From positions 1-64,000 of the forward strand of contig JAAILG010001122.1 in the NCBI GenBank assembly GCA_012026655.1: DNA of 64,000 bases, written 5' to 3'. Below the pieces are notes generated by a model. It saw only the letters and a list, made by a program, of their open reading frames with translations, made no database searches and was not told the origin of the DNA. Position 1 is the stretch's first letter. Each line of letters opens with the position of its first letter. Made by a program: the position numbers and the translations under genes. Source of the DNA: Hydrolagus affinis. Lineage: Eukaryota. Positions 1-12,443 of the stretch are shown one piece after another.

Positions 1-744
1 GTCCTGCAAATTATTTTCTCTCCTGTGCTCCACTTGAAAGAGCTCCTTTTTTTTTCTCGAATCGAGCCTTTCGCTCCCCCTTTTTTTTAACCCATGTCAC
101 TTCACTGACAGAGGGCCTGGTTCCGTTTAGCGCAGGCAATAATGTAATTTGCAGTCCTGTGTCTTAGTGGTTAGAGTTATTATTGCTGTTGTTGGTGATG
201 GTGTGTTAGAGCACTGGCCTCAATTTCCTACCTTTTCGGTCGTGTTTACTTACGGTCATCACTCAACTCCCCCCCCCCCCCCCCACCGCCTCCCCTCCTC
301 CCTCCGCCCTCTGGCTCAGCGACAGACTCCGCCACTGACAAGCCCTCCAGGGTCAACTACCCTGTGTGAAGGCGCTGCACAAAACACAAGTTGTTGTTGT
401 ACTTGAAGACTACTTTGGGAAGAGAGACTCTGGCTACTTGCAGAAATCCTACCATTTATCGAGACTCACAGCAGTGGTTAAAAGTCATGTGAGGAAATGG
501 GAGATTCATTTATTTCCATATTACAGTATAAACTATAACTCTCTGTAACAATCCCAGAAATATTCTTGGAGAATTTTGTTTCAGTTAAGTACAGAATGGT
601 TTTGTCTCCTTCTCTCTCCCTCTCTCTGCTCGACTAGAATTGTTGAGCTGTGCCTAGAACTGGAAATTCTTCTTCTACTCTCTCTCAGCACACAGCCATT
701 CCACCCACCACACCCCACATCCCCCAGGTAAAGAAAAGCATCTA

Positions 745-838
745 AAAAAAAACAGAAACTGGAGGTCATTCAGCCCATCGAGCGAAATTCTGCCTTTTCA
801 CCATCCCCCCTTTTATTCCCTCCTGCCTAAATATCTGC
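745..838 (-). mobile_element. CR1 LINE 3'-end fragment
   Basis: GAAACTGGAGGTCATTCAGCCCATCGAGC resembles the reverse complement of the CR1 3' UTR terminus (compare 36700-36865). Confidence 0.55.
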
Positions 839-873
839 AATAATAATACTTTAATCCTCCTATTGATTCTATC

Positions 874-1020
874 TGCTGTGCGCAAATTGGCTGCTGCGTT
901 TCACCCATAAATATACAGTCAATTCACTTTAAAGTACATTCTGTGAAGGGCTTTGAGACGTCTAGAAGACGTGGTAATGCGCTGTATCAAATGCAAGGAT
1001 TATTAATATTATTATTATTA
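874..1020 (+). mobile_element. tRNA/Deu SINE, 3' half
   Basis: CTGCTGTGCGCAAATTGGCTG core, TTTGAGACGTCTAGAAGACGTG tail, (ATT)n end. Confidence 0.9.
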
Positions 1021-1100
1021 TCTGCCTTTTTGGGTGTAGAGCATTCCACAATCTCGCAGCCCTCTGTGAGAAGGAATGCTTGGTGACAGGAATTTGCTCT
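1021..1100 (-). mobile_element. CR1 LINE ORF2 C-terminal fragment
   Basis: Minus strand reads KHSFSQRAARLWNAL, matching the CR1 ORF2 FFSQRVVxxWNxLP motif. Confidence 0.7.
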
Positions 1101-2214
1101 GTGTATGTTAAAAAAAAATATATATTTATATGCATTTTTAAAAATTAAAAATAAATAAATAAACAACGTTCGATAATGGGGAAAAATTGTTTTGACCGAA
1201 TCGAAAATGGAAACACAGTGAAAACACGCGAGAGGGAAACAATCACAGACTGATTGGAGGCAAGGTCGTGCACTGGTGAAGAGCAGAATTTTCCCACACC
1301 AAAACACGTCCATCGGAGGGAGGGGAGGGGTGAGGGGGTGGGTGGGGGTGAAATAACCATCTGTTCCTGTCTGTATTCGGATATTCATGGAGAAATTAAC
1401 TGGAAAGAGCATGTTGAGTACAGTGGCAGTCCGACGCAGGGATACACAGTGACACACACACACACACGCACAGTTGCTAAAAATTCTCTCTCGGCCAAGC
1501 TTCTTATTTAGGACCACGGAAAGCTGGTTTAAGTAGCAAGTGGAATTCGGGACGTGACATCTGTCTCTGTCTTGTAAGATATACACTGCCCTGAGAGAGG
1601 CAGCGGTAGGAATCTTCAGTCAGTCAGAGGCTGTAAATAGTTAAACGCCATGCACAGCATGGATCAGGTCAGCTGGACTGAACTGACAGGCAGCTCTACT
1701 TTATCCGAGTCCAATCTATTAATTAGTTCTGACAGAGCATATACCCTGCCTTTTCCTTGCCAGCTGTTCTGACATAAACATATTATTCATACCGTACCAA
1801 TTCCACAGACACATTCTGCGTTTCACTTACCAAATACCTCGAGCTATCTTGAGTGCTGAACTCAATTGGCACCTTGAAAATGTTTTCTAGTGCGTGACAT
1901 TTCCGCGATACTTTGCGATCTAAATGTCTCGGCTGGTGGAGGCTCAAGAGCAGGCGAAGAGTTTTTAAAAGTCACCCCCGCGTAAATCCAGGAAGCTGAT
2001 GAGGTTCGGGTGTGTGTACGGAGATTTAAAGCGTCGTGAGGGGAGAGCGGGCGGGGGAATGTTTGAGAGCACCAAGAGTTCTTTCCCGTTCAAAATTCTC
2101 TGTCGGTATCGCGATTATGTGAAGCATTCGCACTGCGAGGGCTGCGCTGGCAAACATTCCCCTCGCTCCCGTTTATTTATAGCACCGAAATCGAAAGAAT
2201 TTAATAACAGGATA

Positions 2215-2300
2215 AATAAACAAACAAACAAGCAAAAACTTTTTTTTTCTCGTGGCGTCTTTCACATCGGGATGACACCTTCAAAGCGCTCGACAGGATT
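2215..2300 (-). mobile_element. L2/SINE-type 3' tail fragment
   Basis: GGCGTCTTTCACATCGGGATGACACCTTCAAAGCGCT next to (AAAC)n. Confidence 0.55.
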
Positions 2301-2926
2301 TACCGCAGACAACAACAACAAAAACATTTACTCGAGAGTGTAAAGTGTTTTGTAACAGAACAATCATGTTCTAATAACTTTGGATTTCAGTCATTTCGAA
2401 AAGCGAAAAAAAAAATCTTTATTACCGCTTTATTAACCAGGCTTTAATTAACACAGGATCTACAACAAATAATACTAGTTATTTCTGTGAAGCTGTTTGG
2501 GGGGAAATGTGACCTTAACTTGGTGTTTTAATGAGGTATGTACAGTATGCCTCAGTGTGCGGCCTTGAGGGATGTATAGAGTGTCTGAGATGATGTTCTG
2601 TAATATCGTGGACTGCCTTTGTCATAGAATTTGCCCTATTTACTATATGCGGGACACTCTCTACAGCCCCGGCAGCAACAACAGAACAACTGTGGCCGTG
2701 CGAGTTCAGGCATCAGAGAAAGAAAAAATTATAATAATAATAATAATGCGAGACATCTCATAAGCGCTTCACCCACTGGTGACCCACCGCCAACAGTTGT
2801 GGATTGACGGGGTAACAGAGCAGACCCCAAATCCAACCACAAATTCTAGTGTCAAACATAAAGCAGCAACTTAAACTAGATTCAAAAATTCTCCCTTCAT
2901 GCCGCCAGAGTACGTACTGTAAATTT

Positions 2927-3045
2927 CTGACGGGCGCAATTGGCTGTGGCTTTGTTACTCCCCCCACGAAGAAATGTACAGTCAATTCACTTTACAGTCT
3001 AGGCTTTTAAGACGTTTCTGCGATGCGATCGGGCGATGTATCAAA
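2927..3045 (+). mobile_element. Degenerate SINE 3' fragment
   Basis: GCGCAATTGGCTG and TACAGTCAATTCACTTTACAG motifs. Confidence 0.75.
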
Positions 3046-3966
3046 AAAAAAATTCTTTGCTCTAATTGAGTGGAAGGAAACGCCGGTTGCTCTCGAAACA
3101 CAGTACACACACACCTCCCGAAATGAAAGGTTTTTTTTTAAATTAAAAAAAAAACAAATGCACGCACGCAAAGAGATACAAATACATCACTGTCATTTGC
3201 CTCTACATTGCTCAGCGCCCAAAACACATTTAAATTAATTAGGCATCAAGTAGAGCACGGTATTACATACAGATACGGGGGGAACTGGACAAGGCAGATA
3301 ATAAAAGAAGGAGCACCTCACAGCCTGTTTAATCCTCGTCCAGAACACAGGCCATCACAATCATTGACGGGCCTTTTGTTCGCCGTGTGAAGCCAACACA
3401 AAAAGGGCAAGGACTGAGGGTACTGAACAGAGGAATCTCATTCTGACACGACAACGCGCCAAATTAAATATTTCTAACATAATGTAAACAGTATCTCAGG
3501 TCTCTCTCTCTCTGTTTTTTTTATTTTTTTAAAAATTGGTTTACTCCAAGGTAACTACGTTAATGCCACACAAAAAAAAGGATGAACAACAGGCAGAAAA
3601 CCTTCAGAACGGAAACCAGGAAGTGTTACTTGAGCCAGAGTGTGATTAATGAGTGAAACGGGTTACCAAGGAAACATTGATACCAGACTCGCTTAAATAT
3701 GAACAACTCGATGATGTGACGCGCGGGAGGCAGTGGGTGGGGCAGTTGGTGAGTGTGGGGGGGTGGGAAGGCCTGGGGTGGGGGGAGAGATATACTGAAA
3801 GGTTGAGATCGGATGAGTCAAAGGGGCCTCTCTCTAACCAAAGCAAATTTATGTCACCGCAATTAGCTGCACGGGGAGTTTATCTGTGAGAGAGACAAGC
3901 ACTCACTCAAGAGGGACGGATAATCTCCAAATCCCTCACCACCCATCCACCCTCAACCTCCCCCTC

Positions 3967-3995
3967 CTGTCTGTCTGTCTGTCTGTCTGTCTGTC
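3967..3995. repeat. (CTGT)n microsatellite
   Basis: Direct reading. Confidence 0.95.
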
Positions 3996-4634
3996 GTTAG
4001 GTCCCTAGCTTGTGACTTTGCGAATACATATTTCGTTCCCGGGCTGTCATTCGGTTTGTTCAAGTAGGTTGAATATTAACATATTGTCTGCGAAACAATA
4101 ACAGCGCAATTCAGGCTGAAGGGATAAAGGAAACCCTTAATCTATGAAGTTAGTCGACTCTGAACTTGGGATCGTATTTGAGGGTGAGTGAATATTTCCA
4201 GCCAGGCACGTCTGTTTACTGTACTTACGTTTCCCTTGCAGCTTTTCAAAGTTGCCCCCACATCCTGATTAACAGAGCTTCAGTAAAATACGGTCAGAGT
4301 CCCCAATATACCCCCAGGAATAACGCCAAAGAAAATATTATACCGCCGGCTTCATTGATTATTTTTTTTAAAAAAGGCCTTTAATATAATAAATTGGCAT
4401 TACTGGGGAAAAGGGATTAAACAGAAGCAACCGTAACCACTTTTAAAAGGGTTCAGGAGTAATGCAACATGTCCTGTTAGTGCCTGTGTAAAATTCTCCA
4501 CAACTTGATCATATTATTGATCCTCAAAACCCCACATCTTTAAACCCTCGCAATTCACAGAAACAAATGATGTTTTGTTACAATCTGCTAAATAATCAAA
4601 CCAAAGGCAGGAACAAGGCATCTTAAAATAATAT

Positions 4635-4795
4635 TAATAATAATACAGTATTAATAATCTTTGGTTTGATAGTAATCCTTGCTTTACCATATCTCCGAGT
4701 CGTCCTCGAAGCGCTTGGCGGGAATTTTCCGTAAAGCGAATCAAATGTGTGTATATATACAATAGTTTGTGAGTGAAACAAAGGCAGCCCATTGC
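4635..4795 (-). mobile_element. Degenerate SINE 3' fragment
   Basis: (AAT)n, AATCCTTGC, GAAGCGCTT and GGCAGCCCATTGC in SINE order on the minus strand. Confidence 0.6.
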
Positions 4796-6801
4796 AAGCG
4801 CAAGTGTCTCACACAAACAGCAGTGGACAGAGTGACCGAATTATTATAAATTTTTTAAAAATATATATATATATTACTTTTTTAAATCGAGGCAAGTTCA
4901 AACGGCTTGTTCGGTTCTTATCGTGTGTGCCCGTTTCCCACTTGCTTAACCTTCAATTAGGAACACACTTGCGTTTCTAGGTAAACACGTTCAGGACAGC
5001 CCATTTGTTTCGCCTGTTCCCTGATTCATTGGGTTTCACTGCACAGCACATTCATACGGCAGGATCATGTCCAATTGACTAATGAACCGCACGCAGTAGT
5101 GTGTTTGTGAGTTTAAGGGGAAAACAAAAGGCAAGGTCGAATGTGCGAACGCATTCATTTTTTTGGGGAGAGGTCAAAAAACAATAACATCCGAATTTTT
5201 TTCCCCTTGCCAGACTTGAAATGTTATACAGCTACACAGAAAATCACTACAGCTGATCAGATCCCAACACTACAGCCTTTACACAGGGAGAAAATATATA
5301 TTTTTTAATGGGGATACATTTTGACTGACAAAACATCCTTTTCGTCCAATCATTCCTAGTAAGGACAACACCAATGAAGGATGGATGCTAATGCTTAAGT
5401 CGATTGGTGAACCAATGCTTCTTTTTCCCACATGTTAATTTGCTGGAAGGACTGTATTTTAACGAGTTAATCAGGCCTTTTAAAGGTAGTGCAGTCGACC
5501 TACCGGGAGAGGAGGGGGTGGGGGGAGGGAAACAGAACAACAGCCACAATTCATTTTCACCAAGATGCTATTGCTGACAATCCTCACGGTTGTGTAGAGT
5601 TGATATTGTGCATCAGGAGGACTGATGTCCGAGCTCTTGGTAAGATTCACTCTAAAGAGTCAATGGCTTCAGTAAGAGAGAAGGGAGGAGGAGAGGGAGA
5701 GGTGGGGTGGTGGGGGATAGGGCTGAGATAAGGGGGAGAGTGACGCGGGGAGGGGGAGGGTGGGGGAAGAAAAAGCAAGCTTCAGTTATTCCATGTGGGA
5801 TCCACCATCCAGTCTCCTGCCAACATATCCACCAGATGCATTTTTCCAGAACCAGGTTTTATTATTTTTTTCTGTCTGTATCTGGGAATTGTGTCACCAC
5901 GGCGGGTCTCCAATTCCCTCAACTATTTAAACCTGACCTCGCGAGGTAACGTGACGAACTCAAACCGCTCGCCTCACATCAGCCCAGCTGCCAAGGAGTA
6001 GCCAACGTGCAAGGAATTTTGAACACCCAATAAAAACTGCTTCCTCACACACACACACTATTATGGGTACCATTCCGACAGATAACAAGCCACTCACTCA
6101 CTCGCTCGCTCGCTGCCTCAGGTTTAATTCACCATTAAAAAAAACGCCTAGATTCTTTGCAACTTTGGTGAAACGCACTCATTTGTTTTTCCTTCCCTTC
6201 TCAACCTGTCCTGTCCCATCAACAGAACAGACCCACCCACCCACCCGGGTGTAGATTTATTCTTAAGTTGTGGAATGTTATTCTGGGACGCTTCCCTGGG
6301 TGAGGTTGACTAGATAAATGCAAATTGTTGTTGTTGTTGTTGTCCTATTTATTATTTCTGTGGCCCCAGAATTTGGCGAATTCCTTTTAAAATTCAGCTG
6401 TCATTTTTGAAGCTGTTTTTCTGCAAATTCCTTACAAAGTACAGTCTAGTACGACGACTAACAACGAACAAATTTTGCCGTATTCCAAGTTGGAGAAACG
6501 TCTGTTTTTAGTCCCTTTAGTTCACGATTCACATGCCATCAAATTGAAAAAAAATAAGTCTGTCAATTTCCTGAATTCCCCTTTGCGCCCATCGCTAGTT
6601 TGTTCAACAGATAGATAGCTGCTGAGATAGCTGCTGAATGGATTTCTGCCTTTGACATAGAACTAGTGCAATGCAACAAAAAAATAGGAATGACCAACTG
6701 GCAGTCAGTTGAATGAGGATATGGGAAGTCCTCTTGAACATGGCACCCTCCCCAGATCGCTGGCCAACAACCTGTGTGTGTACCTTTAATATCCTTTTAT
6801 A

Positions 6802-7113
6802 GGAGTCCTGTAACTCAGTGGTGAGAGCACTCGCCTTTCAACGACCCAGTGGCAGACCTGGGTTCGATTCCAGGCAAGTCAGGGCGAAATGTTGGGCAAG
6901 TTTTCTTACTCCGCACGTCAGATAACAATCTCTCCCCACCAAAAATTAATATCGGTCATCGCAACCCACGACTGTTTGTGGGAGACGCTGCTGCGCGCAA
7001 CTGGCTGCCGCGTCTCACCCACAAATATACAGACAATTTTGTATATTCTGTGAAGCGCTTTGAGACGTCTAGAAGACGTGAAAAGCGCTATATCAAATGC
7101 AAGGATTATTATT
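6802..7113 (+). mobile_element. tRNA/Deu SINE, full length
   Basis: A box TAACTCAGTGG, B box GTTCGATTC, Deu-like core, L2-like tail, (ATT)n. Confidence 0.95.
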
Positions 7114-7867
7114 AAAATTACAGTATTATTATTATCCACCACAGATCAGTCTCCAGAAGCTTTCTAACTCAGGAAAGATTCTTGCCCAAAGATCATCAAG
7201 ATAGTGTTTCAGAATCTCATGGCCCTCCTCCAGTATAGACATTACACCACAGTCTATTAATTCATTCAGATTCACTGTCAGTTCAAGCTGAAAATTAATT
7301 AATTTATTCCTCAATAAAACTGCTGATTAAGACTTTGCAATGAATAGAAACATAATGTGAGTAGAGTCATCCAGCAGAACACTGCGCAGAATAACTGAGA
7401 GGAGGGACGGTGGGAGGAAGGGAGCTCTCATTACCGAGGCCTCTGTTTTTAAAAAAAAATCGCATCAAAATCATATTTCGATTACCTTTTAATATTGTTT
7501 TGATCTGTTTTCGTTTCCCACCGAAACGATCGCGGCTGATGACATTGGTGCGGGGGGGAACGTTACAGAGCTCGGCAGTGCGGAGGGGGCTAAATTAGCA
7601 CACAAGGTTGAAATGACAAGCTCATCAAAAGTACCTTGTGATAATGACTGCATCACGTGATGTTATTCAGCTCCCTTGATGTTGTCGGGCTAAGTAAACC
7701 CTCACACACGATTTCATTGTCTTAACCTCTCTGGTAAAGTTCAGTCAGAGCAGCTGTTGGCTGTGTGACATAAGTATTACGAGAAAATATTGAATTTCTT
7801 TTTTGTCCCAGGTTAGTAATGTCGCTTTTCCTTTTTCAGGATTGGTATCTTCTAATAAATAATACAG

Positions 7868-8216
7868 TATTAATGACCCTTGCATTTGATATAGCGCTTT
7901 TCACATCTTCTCGACTGTGTCTCAAAGCGTTTCACAGAATATACTGTAAAGTGAATTGACTGTATGTATTTGTGGGCGAAACGCGGCAGCCGATTGCGCA
8001 CAGCAGCGTTCCCCCCCCACAAACAGTCGTGGGTTGAAATGACCAATTTTACTATTGTGTTTTTTTGGGGGGAGGGATTATTATTAGGCGTTTGTGTGTG
8101 TGTGTGTGTGTGGAGTAAGGAAACTTGCCCAAGATTTCACCCTGACCTGCCTGGATTCGAACACAGGTCTCATGCTGGTAAGGCGAGTGCTCTAACCCAC
8201 TGAGCTACAGGAGGCC
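7868..8216 (-). mobile_element. tRNA/Deu SINE, full length
   Basis: Reverse complement of the family consensus including head, internal (CA)n and tail. Confidence 0.95.
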
Positions 8217-8679
8217 CACCGAGATGAAATACCACAGGACAGTAGTCAATCCAATGGACACTTGGCAGCTCCACCCATGAGGATCAGTTCTTATAAACTC
8301 ACAGTTACGCAGTTTAGGCGAAGGCTTTAATCTGGCGATGAATCCTTTCGGAAGTTCGTTCAACCTTAAATGGAGCTCGGATCTCCTTTTCCAACTGTGA
8401 GCGAACTTTGGCTGCGCCCAGGGAGACAAGTTGAATCACAAGGAGAGTTCTGCCTAAGCCATTGCATAGGAATAAGGCTTCTCTCATAGTCGAGTCCGCA
8501 AGTCTGATGTGTGTCATTCTACAGTCAGTAACAAGTATGGGTTCCAATATGAGAATTGTTGTATAGATACTTATGTTCGAGTGTTCAGAGTTGGTGTGTT
8601 TCAGATGCGATGTGCAAGACCTCTCTCACCCGATGAACCTGTTTCTACCGAAACGAACAAGTTTACTTTTTTTTTTAAA

Positions 8680-8878
8680 AATGATAATTTGGTCACTCGT
8701 TCCACGACTGTCCGCGCGGGACTCTGCTGTGCGCGATTGGCTGTCACGCTTCACGCGCAAAATATGCAGTCGATTCATTTTACAGTACGTATATATTCCG
8801 TGAAGCCGCTTTGAGATGTTTCGACGATGTGATAAGGAGCTATACATCAAATGCACAGATCATTATTATGATTATTAT
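8680..8878 (+). mobile_element. SINE, 5'-truncated
   Basis: TTGGTCACT..CCACGACTG..CTGCTGTGCGCGATTGGCTG..TGAAGCCGCTTTGAGA. Confidence 0.85.
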
Positions 8879-9349
8879 ACTTTAGTTGCTCTATTCATGT
8901 GTACTGTCCAGCTGTTCATATCACTGGGATTTCAAAAGACAATTAAAGACATCTCCTTATTCTTGCACAAAACAAAGTTTATTTTAGTGTATAAATAGCA
9001 TATGATTAATGGGGGGCAAATGTTTGCTACATCTTCTCTGTTGAATCTGTATTGCCATCTGCTAAGCCTTATGTGTGGAGGAGAACAAGTCACAAGGAGT
9101 CTATGTTTCCTCAGCGCCCAGTTACAATATGAAACAACATGGAGATCTCTCAGATCTCTACATTGTTTTAAGAAATAGCTGAAAATGGTATTACGGGATT
9201 AATATATAAAACGGCAGACACCAGTCAGCCTGCAGCCTTCATACCTAGCTTTAAAAGTAACCCCACAATTTATCCCTTTAGCAACCCACCCCCTCAAATA
9301 CAAATATTTGAATTTATTTGTCAAATACAAAGACAATAGGTCTCTCATG

Positions 9350-9460
9350 AAATATATATCGTCAATTCACTTTGGAGTGTATTCTGTGAAGTGCTTTGAG
9401 ATGTCTCAAAGATGTGTTCAAGCACTATATCAAATGATAGGATGATTATTATTATTATTA
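9350..9460 (+). mobile_element. SINE tail fragment
   Basis: GTCAATTCACTTT..TTCTGTGAAGTGCTTTGAGA..(ATT)n. Confidence 0.85.
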
Positions 9461-9499
9461 GTGTTGTTGTAGGCATTTGTTTTAAAAGCAAAAACCAAG

Positions 9500-9870
9500 C
9501 GCTCTCCGTAAAAGCCGTGTGATTGATCTAAAAATGCATATAATAGAAACATAAACAGTTTACATCCGAGAAATAACTGAGGCAGTCAATATTTTACTCT
9601 TAATCAAGATTTTTTGTTAATCAATACGGAGCTGTGAAATTGACCCACAATTACAATGTATGGATCCCTTTTTCAAGGGAATTTATTGCCTGCCACCGAG
9701 AGATGGAGAGCTAATCAGTGAGTGGTTGAAAGCTGTTTTCAATGTAATTATTAACTTATCTTAACACTCGATACAAAATTCATCTTTTAATCCATCTGAA
9801 CCTGCGGGATTACCCGGCAATTAATACACCAGTGTGGGACAATGTCTCTGCAAACTCGCTCGCCTTTTGA
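9500..9870. promoter_or_regulatory. Putative conserved non-coding element (enhancer-like)
   Basis: Repeat-free, high-complexity AT-rich block with TGATTGAT (9520-9527) and several TAAT/ATTA cores; conservation not testable here. Confidence 0.35.
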
Positions 9871-9977
9871 TAAGTGCGACTTTTTTTTTCTGATCGCACA
9901 CACTCGAGGGCTGAGGTGGAGAGAGAGTTGTCTGTCAAGTCAGGGCATTAAGGGATACGGGGCAAGGGAGGGTAATT

Positions 9978-10330
9978 GGAGCTCCTGTAGCTCAGTGGGT
10001 TATAGAGCGCTCGCTTTATAAGTGTGAGACCCTTGTTCGAATCCAGGCAGGTCAGGGCGAAACCTTGGGCAAGTTTCCTTACTCCACACACACACACACA
10101 CACACCTAATAATAATCCCTCCAAAAAAACCACAATCATTAAATTGGTCATTTCAATCCACGACTGTGTGTGTGGGGGACGCTGCTGTGCGCAATTGGCT
10201 GCCGCGTTTCGCCCACAAATATATACACAGTCAATTCACTTTAGTCTATTCTGTGAATCGCTTTGAGACGTCGATAAGATGGGAAAAGCCGCGATATCAA
10301 ATGCAAGGATTATTATTATTATTATTATTA
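9978..10330 (+). mobile_element. tRNA/Deu SINE, full length
   Basis: GGAGCTCCTGTAGCTCAGTGG head, GTTCGAATC B box, core, GTCGATAAGATG tail variant, (ATT)n. Confidence 0.95.
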
Positions 10331-10334
10331 TAGA

Positions 10335-10412
10335 TACAGGTCAGGCATGATCTTATAGGATCGCGGAACAGGCTTGAGGTGCTGAACCTCCTACTTCCTG
10401 TTCCTACGTTTC
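10335..10412 (+). mobile_element. CR1 LINE 3'-end fragment
   Basis: CATGATCTTATAGGATCGCGGAACAGGCTTGAGGTGCTGAA..CCTGTTCCT; homologous to 36700-36790 in the opposite orientation. Confidence 0.7.
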
Positions 10413-10989
10413 CTTTCACCACCACCTGATCCAATGGCCGATGTGTGGGTGAGGTTGCTGCCCGGGTTCATTCCTAAATTCATACGTTGAATTATAACCC
10501 GCACCCTGCAGAAGAAAGGATGCGATTCTGCTCTACTGTAACTGGCCCAAACCAGCATATTAATTCACAATCAGTCAATACAACTCCCTTCACCCAAACT
10601 CACCTAAACACTGATTAATTGCTCTGTCATGTCGTTGCTATTTTGAGGGACTTTGCAGGTGCAGATTATTTATTTCCTTTCTTACCCTAACGAGAGCCCA
10701 ATGCAGGCACACTGCAAATTAACTCATTGTGCAAAAGTACTTTTTGGGGGGCTTTTTTTTATTTAAAAAAAAATTAAATTAAAATAAAAACAATGTCAAG
10801 GCGTCACACTGAGTGCCAGGCAGAATTGGTTTTTAATTTTATTTGTGATTACGATACGTGGATGGTAATCTCTTTGCCGCCTAAAAGATTCCCTTAGCTC
10901 AGTAAGATGCGTCAATTCGAGGGCTTAAGACTCGAAGCAAAGCAACAAATGCCTTTTACTCTTCCCCCCCTCCCATTTACAAACCTCAA

Positions 10990-11155
10990 CCATCTACCTA
11001 CCATCTACCTACCTACCTACCTACCTTAACCCCTGCCACCGCCCCCTTCCCCCCACCCACCATGACCTCTGACTGTTCAGCGCCTTGGGACGTCCTCCCG
11101 ACGTGAAAGGTTGCTCTCCAAATGTAATTTTGCCGTCGTTGTTGTTGTTGTTGTA
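10990..11155 (+). mobile_element. L2 LINE 3' end preceded by (CTAC)n
   Basis: CAGCGCCTTGGGACGTCCTCCCGACGTGAAAGG stem-loop followed by a (GTT)n tail. Confidence 0.75.
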
Positions 11156-12170
11156 GTGTTCGTCTGTCTATCCTGGGTCAGGCTGATTATCAACGCATGA
11201 GAAGTTAACATTCCCTGCAGCGGGGAACTCTGCTCGGAGCGAGCCTGGGAAGAGTACGGTGGGGAGGGGGGGTATCACACCGAGCGAAGGTCTTTTGAGA
11301 CACTATAAAACGCAAGGGGTTATTTACTGTGAGTCACTGTTGATGGATGAGTGAACTCCCGAAATCGAAAGGCGCCGGACTAGTAATATCATCCGGACGT
11401 CTAAATGTTGCCTTATCAAAAGGCACGTCGCGTTTCGCAGTCTCAGTCAGTCTCCGCTCCAGAGAGTGCCCAGAAACTGTTAATTTAGCTGCTTGTGCAA
11501 GTGTGTAGGAAGAGCAATTTTAGTTGAACCTGTCTCTGTAATTATACAGGTTAACAGGGCACAGGGGAAGGCTGAAATTACATTCAGTTTTCCCTGAGAC
11601 TTGGTGTTTCCCTTCAGCGATAAATCATGAAGAAGAAATGGTAAACAAATTGACAGTGCGAGCTCCCATATAAGTAAAACCCAGAGACAGTCAAATTATC
11701 CAGAGCCAGAAGTGTTTTTTTTTACAAGAAGGAAAGTAAGTAGCATTAACTGATGAAACACAAAGTACCATAACTGTACTTTGCTCGCATCAGCATCATA
11801 CGGCATCGGGGATTAGCCAGAGAGAGGCTTCAAACCGTGTAACTTTCTAGTCTCGATGACAGAATGCTACCAGCGGAGAAATTATGTGCAATCAACCTCA
11901 ATATCTTCACGTAAAGCAATCCATTCACCCGCTCAACGCTGCAGCGCAGGTGTTGTGTGTGTTCCCGTGTTATAAGTGTTGCGTTTGCTAAAACGCTGTT
12001 GTTTTTTTTCAGCGTTAACCTTTAATGAGGCAAAAAAAAAGACGGGAGGGGAGGATGAGGGGTGGGGGGAATTGGGAATAATCGCACCGCGCAGGTTAAT
12101 GGCACTGGAATGCCGATGATATATATCAAACGGAAACTTAAGCTTCGCGAGTAGGATGTAGAATTAGGAG

Positions 12171-12172
<2 letters not shown>

Positions 12173-12206
<34 letters not shown>
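12173..12206. repeat. (GT)n microsatellite
   Basis: Direct reading. Confidence 0.95.
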
Positions 12207-12211
<5 letters not shown>

Positions 12212-12216
12212 CCGCA

Positions 12217-12443
12217 GATTCCAGGTCAGGGCGAAAACCTCGGGCAAGTTTCCTCACTCCTCGCGCCTGATCAAACTCCCTCAAGAAACCCCCCACCCCC
12301 CACCCGTCCCCCACCACCCCACCCCACCCCGCGTTTCGCCCACAAACACACAGACAATTCACTTTACGGTATACAGTATTCCGTGAAGCGCTTTGAGACG
12401 CAGTCTAGAAGACTTGAAACGCGCTGTACCAAATGCATCATTA
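12217..12443 (+). mobile_element. SINE, rearranged or partial
   Basis: GGTCAGGGCGAAAACCTCGGGCAAGTTTCC and tail GAAGCGCTTTGAGACGCAGTCTAGAAGAC. Confidence 0.85.

Noticed and set aside
987-1586. Longest ORF (199 aa) and other ORFs over 150 aa (12173, 49923, 56937, 61743)
   Set aside because: They cross microsatellites, SINE or CR1 fragments and low-complexity DNA, with no domain-like sequence.
7132-7314. Protein-looking minus-strand ORF (LELTVNLNELIDCGVMSILEEGHEILKHYLDDLW..) with an upstream TTTTCAG
   Set aside because: Weak pyrimidine tract, no good donor, no recognisable homology and no partner exons; a TBLASTN check would settle it.
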